Positions 25,353 through 33,089 of a stretch of 33,089 nt of DNA are shown here, piece after piece. The notes beneath the pieces are model-generated. The model searched no databases, was not told where the DNA came from, and saw only the letters and a list, made by a program, of their open reading frames with translations. The translations under genes and the position numbers were made by a program. This DNA comes from Planctomycetota bacterium (GTDB lineage Bacteria > Planctomycetota > Planctomycetia > Pirellulales > Lacipirellulaceae): the NCBI GenBank assembly GCA_039190745.1, contig JBCCXZ010000044.1, forward strand, positions 1 to 33,089, read 5' to 3'. Numbering within the stretch: position 1 is the first letter of the stretch; every line of letters starts with the position of its first letter.

Positions 25353-26912
25353 ATGAACTGGCTGCGAAACCGCGTTGGCCTGATCGTCGCCGCATACCTC
25401 GCGGTGATGTGCTACGCGCTGGTCGCGTGGATGCCCGCGTGGGTCGAGAATTACCGCAGCCTCGCCGAGACGAATAAGCTCCTAGCGAACGTCTACCTCG
25501 GCGTCGTCTGCCTCGCGGGCATCGTGTTTGTAGGCTTTTCGCTCTACACGCTGTACGTGCTGCTACGGAATTCCTGGCGCAAACGGGCCCGGAGGGCGCA
25601 GCGGGCCCAGAATCCAGGGCAGATGTCCTCTGCCGCGCGTCAAGCGGAACTCGACGACAACCTCGCAGCCGGCCGCGAGTACGCCGACGACCAGGAGGTC
25701 TCCGATGAGCTGCGGTTGGAAATCCAACGCGAACTCGACCAGCTTGAACTGAAGCACGGCAAGTGCCGCCTGGAGATCGTCGCGTTCGGCACGATCTCTA
25801 GCGGCAAGAGCGCTCTCTTGAACGCGCTGGCCGGCCGCGAAGTGTTCGCCTCCGACGTGGTGGGCGGCACCACCACTGTGCGCAGCGAGGTGCCCTGGCC
25901 GGGCGCCGACGAGGTGCTGCTGGTCGACACGCCGGGGCTGGCCGAAGTCGACGGCGCTTCCCGAGCCGCCGCGTCGGCCGAAACCGCCGAAACTGCTGAC
26001 CTCGTGCTGCTAGTGGTAGACGGACCGCTCAAGTCCTATGAGGTAAGCCTTACCGAGACGCTCACCCGCATGGAGAAGCGGGTCGTCGTCTGCCTCAACA
26101 AAGACGACTGGTACTCCGACCAGCAACGCGAGGCCTTGGTCGGCCAGATCGCCGAGCAACTCCCCGCCATCGACGCCCGCGATATTGTGACGGTTCGCGC
26201 CGCCGCCACGCAGCGCGAACGGGTCCGCGTCGCCGCCGACGGCAGCGAGAGCAGTGAGGTGGTCGACGTGCCGCCCAGCGTGCAGGCGCTCGCCGAGCGG
26301 ATGATCGAGATCGTCCAGCGTGACGGACGCGACCTGCTGCTGGCCAACCTGCTGCTGCAGTCGCGGGGGTTGGTCGACCGCGCCAAGGACCGCGTCCGCG
26401 AGATGCTCGACGAGCGGGCCGACGAGATCATCAGCCGCCATATGTGGGCCGCGGGCGGGACCGCCGGCATCAACCCGATCCCCCTGCTCGACATCGCCGG
26501 CGGCAGCGCCATCACGCTGAAAATGGTCCTCGAGCTCGCCCGCGTCTACAAACAACCCCTCGACACCGACTCGGCAATCAAAGTCCTCGAACAGCTCGGC
26601 AAGAACCTCATCGCCATGGTAGGCGTCACCGCCGCTACGCCCGCCGTCGCGTCCGCCGTCGGCGGGATGCTCAAGACCGTGCCGGGCATCGGCACGATCG
26701 CCGGCGGCGTCCTGCAAGGCGTCGTCCAGGCGCTGGTCACCCGCTGGATCGGCAACGTCTTCGTTGAATATTTCAAGCGCGAGATGAAGCCGCCCCCAGG
26801 CGGGCTCGCCGAACTCGCCCAGGCGCAGTGGCGCAAACTAACCACGGCCGACGCCCTTCGCGGGATGGTGCGCGCCGGGCGCGACCGACTCAACCGCGGG
26901 GGCGATTCGTGA
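25353..26912 (+). CDS. Membrane-anchored P-loop GTPase with C-terminal DUF697/YcjF-like domain
   Basis: Two N-terminal TM helices; G1 GTISSGKS, G2 GGTT, G3 DTPG, G4 NKDD; NPIPLLDI motif. Confidence 0.88.
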   Translation: MNWLRNRVGLIVAAYLAVMCYALVAWMPAWVENYRSLAETNKLLANVYLGVVCLAGIVFVGFSLYTLYVLLRNSWRKRARRAQRAQNPGQMSSAARQAELDDNLAAGREYADDQEVSDELRLEIQRELDQLELKHGKCRLEIVAFGTISSGKSALLNALAGREVFASDVVGGTTTVRSEVPWPGADEVLLVDTPGLAEVDGASRAAASAETAETADLVLLVVDGPLKSYEVSLTETLTRMEKRVVVCLNKDDWYSDQQREALVGQIAEQLPAIDARDIVTVRAAATQRERVRVAADGSESSEVVDVPPSVQALAERMIEIVQRDGRDLLLANLLLQSRGLVDRAKDRVREMLDERADEIISRHMWAAGGTAGINPIPLLDIAGGSAITLKMVLELARVYKQPLDTDSAIKVLEQLGKNLIAMVGVTAATPAVASAVGGMLKTVPGIGTIAGGVLQGVVQALVTRWIGNVFVEYFKREMKPPPGGLAELAQAQWRKLTTADALRGMVRAGRDRLNRGGDS

Positions 26913-28288
26913 GCGATCCCCCCCAGGAATCGGCCGCCCCAGAGCCCCTCGTCGGAGGCGGCGACTACGGCGACGCCATCGCGGCCGTGCAGCAGGCGAT
27001 CGATCGTTTCGATGGTTGCAGCGACGAAGAGAAGGCGGCGCTGAAGAACGACCTCGCCGCTCTCGCGACGATGTCGGAGAAGCTCCGCTCGGGCCGGGTC
27101 GAGATCGTCGTCTTCGGCGAGATCAGCACCGGCAAGAGCGCGCTAATCAACGCACTGACTGGCGGCGCGAACGCGCAGGTCGACGTCCGCGGCGGCTGGA
27201 CCAAGGATGTCTGGCACGTCCCCTGGGAGGGGGCCGGCTACTGCGTCCCTGGGCTCGCCGATTCGAGCGTAGTGTTGATCGACACGCCGGGCCTGAACGA
27301 GGTCGAGGGCGCCGCACGTGGCGAGATGGCTCGCACCGCCGCCAACCGGGCCGACCTCGTCCTGTTCGTCACCGACTCCGACCTGAACGACGCCGAGCAC
27401 GCGGCACTGGCCGACCTCGCCTCGGTCCACAAGCCGCTGATCTTGGTGGTCAACAAATGCGATCTCTACCGGCCGGAAGAGCTGGAGAACCTGCTCGACC
27501 AGTTCCGCGGGCCGCGTTACTCCAGGGTGCTCGCACCCGAGAACGTCGTCACCACAACAGCTGACCCGCGGCCGGTCGAGTACCTCATCGAGTCGGCCGA
27601 CGGCTCCACACGCACCGAGCACCGCCGCCCGCAGCCCAAGGTCGAGCAGCTCCGCGTGCGAATTGTCGAGATGCTAGAGGCCGAGGGGAAGGCCCTGCTC
27701 GCGCTCAACGCCGCGATGTTCGCCGCCGACAAGAGTGACCGCATGGCCGCCATGCGGGTGCGGCTTCGGGAGGACAAGGCGGCCGCGACCGTCTGGAGCT
27801 TTGCCGTTGCCAAGTCGCTCGCGGTGGCGCTCAACCCCGTCCCGGCCGCCGACGTGATCGGAGGCACCGCGGTTGACGCGTCGATGGTCGTGACCCTCGG
27901 ACGGATCTACGGCATCGATATCACCAAGTCCAATGCTCGCTCGCTCGTCACTTCCATCCTAAAGGCCGCCGGCTGGGTACTGTTGAGCGAAGCCGCCGTC
28001 AGCTATGCGTCTTCGGCCTTTAAGGGCCTTACCGCCGGCGCCGGAAGCGTGCTCACGATGCTCCCCCAGGGCGCCGCGGCGGGCTACGGCTCGTACATCG
28101 TCGGCGAGGCGGCCCGGTATTACTTCCAACACGGCGCGAGCTGGGGAAACCAAGCGCCCAAGAAAGTGGTCGCACAAATCCTCAAGAATTCCGACAAGGA
28201 ATCAGTCCTCCGCCAACTCAAAGCCGAGATCCGCAAGAAGATCTCCCTCAACCCGTACGCCACGGACAAACGTGGCACGAATGAGTAA
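26909..28288 (+). CDS. Second P-loop GTPase with DUF697/YcjF-like domain (paralogue, no N-terminal TM)
   Basis: G1 GEISTGKS, GGWT, G3 DTPG, G4 NKCD; NPVPAADV motif. Start set at GTG 26909 (GTGA overlap with the upstream stop). Confidence 0.88.
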   Translation: MSDPPQESAAPEPLVGGGDYGDAIAAVQQAIDRFDGCSDEEKAALKNDLAALATMSEKLRSGRVEIVVFGEISTGKSALINALTGGANAQVDVRGGWTKDVWHVPWEGAGYCVPGLADSSVVLIDTPGLNEVEGAARGEMARTAANRADLVLFVTDSDLNDAEHAALADLASVHKPLILVVNKCDLYRPEELENLLDQFRGPRYSRVLAPENVVTTTADPRPVEYLIESADGSTRTEHRRPQPKVEQLRVRIVEMLEAEGKALLALNAAMFAADKSDRMAAMRVRLREDKAAATVWSFAVAKSLAVALNPVPAADVIGGTAVDASMVVTLGRIYGIDITKSNARSLVTSILKAAGWVLLSEAAVSYASSAFKGLTAGAGSVLTMLPQGAAAGYGSYIVGEAARYYFQHGASWGNQAPKKVVAQILKNSDKESVLRQLKAEIRKKISLNPYATDKRGTNE

Positions 28289-28426
28289 CCACAAAGATGC
28301 GACGCACAGATAGTACGAAGTAGGACGGGGAACGCTAATCGACATTCATCTCCGCTAATCGGACAAGTGAGGATTAGCGAAGATGAGTGTTCCGATTTCT
28401 TTTCTTCCTTTGTGTTCTTCGTGGTG
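28288..28426. repeat. Second nested inverted periodic repeat element (empty, degenerate)
   Basis: Outer left accacaaaga (28288-28297); outer right reverse complement caccacgaagaacacaaaggaag (28404-28426). Inner cgctaatcga|cattcatctc|cgctaatc (28333-28360) pairs with gattagcgaagatgagtg (28372-28389). Confidence 0.8.
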
Positions 28427-28466
28427 AGAAGCGAACCTACCGAACAACGACAACGAGAGCAGCGCC

Positions 28467-29267
28467 CTGGAAACGATCGCCGGCGACATCTACGACTACC
28501 CCAAGTACTACGATCTGGTGTACGGGTCCGATTGGAAGGCCGAACTCGACTTCCTGCAGGACTGCTTCGACAAGTACGCGGACGGGCAAGTCGGCACGGT
28601 CTTCGAACCCGCCTGCGGCACCGGGCGGCTGCTGTTCCGCCTCGCCGGCCTCGGCTTCGATGTCGGCGGCCTAGACCTCAACCCCGCGATGGTCGACTAC
28701 TGCAACGCCCGGCTTGAGAAGCACGGCCGCCCAGGCCGCGTGACCTTGGGCGACATGACCGACTTCCGTGTGCAGCGACCCTACGAAGCGGCTTTCAACC
28801 TCATCAACAGCTTCCGGCACCTGACGACCGAGAAAGCGGCCATCGACCACCTCCGTTGCGTGGCACGGGCGTTGCATCCAGGGGGCCTGTACGTGCTAGG
28901 GCTGCACCTGACTCCGCTAGACATCGAGCCGCTGCAGGAAGAGAGCTGGCCCGCCCGCCGGGGGAACCTGGCCGTTCTGTCGCGGCTTTGGATCGTCAGC
29001 GCCGACTACCAGCGCCGGTACGAGGAGGTCGGCATGAGCTACGACGTGTACACGCCCACCAAGCAGTTCCGCATCGAGGGGAGGTCACGGTTCCGCACCT
29101 ACACCGCGGCCCAGTTTGAGAAAACGCTCAAATCCGCTGGGGTTTTTGAGGTCGTTGCGACCCACGACTTCGGCTACGACGCGGGCGAAGACATCGAAAT
29201 CCAAGGGGAAACCGAAGATATCGTCTACGTGCTGCGGGCGACGGGCCAACGACCGGGGCGGTTGTAG
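28467..29267 (+). CDS. Class I SAM-dependent methyltransferase
   Basis: Motif I FEPACGTGR, GLDLNPAM, GDMTDF and ALHPGGLYVL. The ORF track starts at GTG 28518; a probable CTG start at 28467 adds IYDYPKYYDL. Confidence 0.92.
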   Translation: METIAGDIYDYPKYYDLVYGSDWKAELDFLQDCFDKYADGQVGTVFEPACGTGRLLFRLAGLGFDVGGLDLNPAMVDYCNARLEKHGRPGRVTLGDMTDFRVQRPYEAAFNLINSFRHLTTEKAAIDHLRCVARALHPGGLYVLGLHLTPLDIEPLQEESWPARRGNLAVLSRLWIVSADYQRRYEEVGMSYDVYTPTKQFRIEGRSRFRTYTAAQFEKTLKSAGVFEVVATHDFGYDAGEDIEIQGETEDIVYVLRATGQRPGRL

Positions 29268-29344
29268 GGGCTTCGCAATCTCTGCGGCCGAAGCACAATA
29301 ACATTAGGTAGAGATCGCCGGGCCCTCCGGACGAATTCTCTTTC

Positions 29345-30703
29345 GTGAACCTACTGCACCACACCGACGCCTCGTCCAGCTGGGACACCTTTGTGACCGC
29401 CCCCTCGCAAAGCGACGCCGCCCTGGTCTTGCCCGAGTCACGCTTCACCGAGAGCGTCGACCACTTCGTCCGGCAGGCGCTAACCGCGCTAGGCTTGCCG
29501 TTCAACGACGAGGGCGAGGCCATTGCTTTCGAAGTGCCCGAGGAGGATCGGGCCGCGCTGGGCGGCGCCGAGCGTTACGCCGTGCCACTCGAATCAGGCG
29601 GCGATGTCTTCGAAGAGCATGCGGAGTTCTTCGACTGGCTGCGGAGCAAGTTTTCTACCAGCGAAGGCGCCGTCAACGCCCGCCCCGTCGGCCAGCCCGC
29701 CGCGGTGAACGACATCGCCCCCTCGTTATTCCATGCTTACCAGATCGAGGGCGGGCAGGTGCACCTCGGCGGCTGCCGGCTGACTGACTTGCCGTTCCTC
29801 CGGCTCAGCTACCTCGCCCCGGACGGAGCCACCCTCCGGCACGTTTTTGTGTCCGAGGACGGCAGCACCGTGAACGATCAGCTTGTCGGCGAACTCGGCT
29901 TGTCCGAGGTCGAGCTGCTCTCTCACGAGCCGACCCCTCGGGTCAACCCGACCATGCTCGACTCGCTACGCTCGTCTGGGCAGCGGATTGCAGCGAAATC
30001 GACCTCCCACAGAGACCCGTCCGCCGCGGCGGTCCCGCCGAAGCTCGCGACACTGGTCTGGGTTAAGCGGGTCGAGGGGCACCTGGAGTTTACCGTGGGC
30101 GAGGAGTCGGCTTCTCACAGTTTTGAGGGCTGGGCCCGCACCTTGAAAGCAGAGCCGTTCGTCGGTCCATTCTCCGGCCTCAGCGGTTTCCAGCTGGCGG
30201 CGACCGACGAGGGCCAGATCGACGTCGCTGAGGGGATCGGTCGGTGCGAGCACTCTGGGCAACGGTTCTTGGCAAGCGAGCTCGTCCGGTGTTCTCCAAA
30301 CAACCAGCTCGTCCACAGAAGCTACACGCGTCGCTGCCCGGTCACAGGCGAGTCCTGCCTAGAAGAAGCCTTCGAGGTGTGCGTGACCTGCGGCGAGGAG
30401 GTCGGGGCGCCCTCGCTCGAGGGCGGCGAGTGCCTAGCTTGCCGGACTGTTGCGGCGATCTCGAAAGACGATCCTCGCGTGGTGTGGATACTGGGTGAAC
30501 ACCCCAGTCTCGATGCCTGGAAACGTTGGAGGATGTCGGAAACCGAAGACGTCTACATCATCCGACTCGCGAGTGTGCTCAAGAGTCTTCTTCTCGTGGT
30601 CGAGAAAGACACGCTCGCGGTCCGTCGGATCGTGAAGCGTGGGCCCTTCGCTTCCCGGTGGGCGCCCTTGTCCGAAGCGGAAATCCAACAAACGCTTGGT
30701 TAG
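29345..30703 (+). CDS. Hypothetical protein with C-terminal Cys-rich (putative zinc-binding) repeats
   Basis: Long ORF with coding-like codon usage; CEHSG, CSPNN, CPVTG, CVTCG and CLAC. Start uncertain. Confidence 0.75.
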   Translation: MNLLHHTDASSSWDTFVTAPSQSDAALVLPESRFTESVDHFVRQALTALGLPFNDEGEAIAFEVPEEDRAALGGAERYAVPLESGGDVFEEHAEFFDWLRSKFSTSEGAVNARPVGQPAAVNDIAPSLFHAYQIEGGQVHLGGCRLTDLPFLRLSYLAPDGATLRHVFVSEDGSTVNDQLVGELGLSEVELLSHEPTPRVNPTMLDSLRSSGQRIAAKSTSHRDPSAAAVPPKLATLVWVKRVEGHLEFTVGEESASHSFEGWARTLKAEPFVGPFSGLSGFQLAATDEGQIDVAEGIGRCEHSGQRFLASELVRCSPNNQLVHRSYTRRCPVTGESCLEEAFEVCVTCGEEVGAPSLEGGECLACRTVAAISKDDPRVVWILGEHPSLDAWKRWRMSETEDVYIIRLASVLKSLLLVVEKDTLAVRRIVKRGPFASRWAPLSEAEIQQTLG

Positions 30704-31034
30704 CAACCTCTGATCATTGGTCGCCGCAAAGCACAGGCAGCCCAAGCCTTAGGCGCCGCCGCCTAATCTACAAGGCGGGCCAAGAACCCGGTAGAATTGC
30801 CGGGATTCTGCTGAAGATAGTGGACCCCGCACTGCAATTTTGTATAATTATAGCGGAAGTCAGTTGCACCCCACCGTCTGGTAGTACACGAACGCCGAGC
30901 ACACCACCCACTTTGACGGCACCGCCCGATCCGGCTTGCTCCCTCTCCTGTGGTGACAAGGACGCCCCAATGGTTTGTTGGTGCGTGAAACCCGGTCTCG
31001 CCGCCGCCCGCCTCAACGGCACTCCCCCTGTTGG

Positions 31035-31066
31035 TCTGCAAGGCAATCGATCTGCAAGGCAATTGA
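31035..31066. repeat. 16-bp tandem duplication
   Basis: tctgcaaggcaatcga followed by tctgcaaggcaattga (one mismatch). Confidence 0.8.
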
Positions 31067-31647
31067 AGAGTTACCAACGCTAGACAAGCGGATTCCTAGC
31101 CACTAAACGCGACTACGGGGCCCATTGCTTGGCGTTCCCATGGTCTAGTGGCAGCCTAGCACGTGTTCGCCGGCGGATGGCGCGGATGGCCCAAACGGGA
31201 TGGGCTTGGTAGCCGTCGGACGGCGGATGCGATTTCATGTGGGAGCGGCAACGCTCAGTTTCACTAGATGATCAGTTTCGCCAGAGAACGGTGAAGCTCG
31301 AAATCAATACCCGCACGGGGCAGGTGCGGCCGGATTCACAAACGCCCTTGAATCGGGCCATTGTGATGAAACGCGCAAACTCTAGGCGGGCAGGAGCCGT
31401 TGAGATGGGCTGCTGTCTAGATGGACGGAAGTCGCTTCGACGCGGCTGCAACCCACGAAAAGACTCGGGGCCACAAGTAAAGACTCGATCGGAACCGCGG
31501 GAACGCGGGTCCGGAACAGTTGCCTAACCGGCAGAGCCCCCGGCAGAAAACTGTGCGAACCGGCGATAGGAACCGCTCGTTGATTCGTTTGATGCAAAGG
31601 TAATTTCTTCACAAATGCCCGCGGCGAGAGGCCGCAACCCTAAGCGG

Positions 31648-31656
31648 TGTTAGAAT
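31648..31656 (+). promoter_or_regulatory. Putative extended -10 promoter upstream of the sigma factor gene
   Basis: TG-T-TAGAAT matches the TGnTAnAAT pattern. Confidence 0.45.
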
Positions 31657-31999
31657 TCGTTGTCACGTTTCCGAAACAGAATTGATCAGACTTTGCGGCG
31701 GCAAGAAGCGACGCTTCAGCGAGAAGCAGCCGGCCGCCGTACAAGTTTTTCAAAGCAGCAATTGCCGGCGCGACCGCGGCAGTACTCGAGGGGATCCTAG
31801 TCAAACGACCGCCGCGCAAGCGGTGGTCCGCGCCGGCGGGCGCTTCCCATCACATCCGCCGCCGTCGCCAGACCCCTCGCCGAGCCGAACTGTTTTCTCC
31901 CGATCCCTCAGCACGACCGACAAGGTTTGCCTGACGGGGCGGGAGCCAACACGGCACGCGACGCGTAAGGACGCCTAAAACAAGCTCAGGAGCAACGCT

Positions 32000-33089
<1,090 letters not shown>

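Noticed and set aside
30704..31999. Replication origin, or short ORFs, in the long intergenic region
   Set aside because: I saw no DnaA boxes (TTATCCACA), and the ORFs lack RBSs, motifs and codon bias.

Overview
GC-rich bacterial chromosome segment. Gene content and sequence style suggest a planctomycete, probably Pirellulales/Lacipirellulaceae-like (inference). In order: the 5' part of def; a vWA-ExbB-ExbD-ExbD-helical protein operon; two small secreted Tyr/Pro/Gly-rich proteins; an archaeal-type DNA topoisomerase VI operon (top6B, top6A) split by a lower-GC PD-(D/E)XK nuclease gene; dgkA-like and lptD-like genes; an MMPL transporter; a DUF4159/MoxR/DUF58/BatA-vWA/GATase-like cluster; two tandem GTPase-DUF697 paralogues; a SAM methyltransferase; a Cys-repeat protein; and a 1.3 kb intergenic region followed by the 5' part of a sigma70 gene. 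The most interesting signal is non-coding. Inverted repeats built from tripled 8-nt and 10-nt units sit right after stop codons inside operons at three loci. Two loci are empty (about 19750 and 28288) and the third brackets the nuclease gene between top6B and top6A, which suggests a repeat-bounded gene cassette system. Two further REP-like palindrome families are present. I saw no rRNA, tRNA, CRISPR array or transposase. All calls come from motif recognition by eye; no searches were run.
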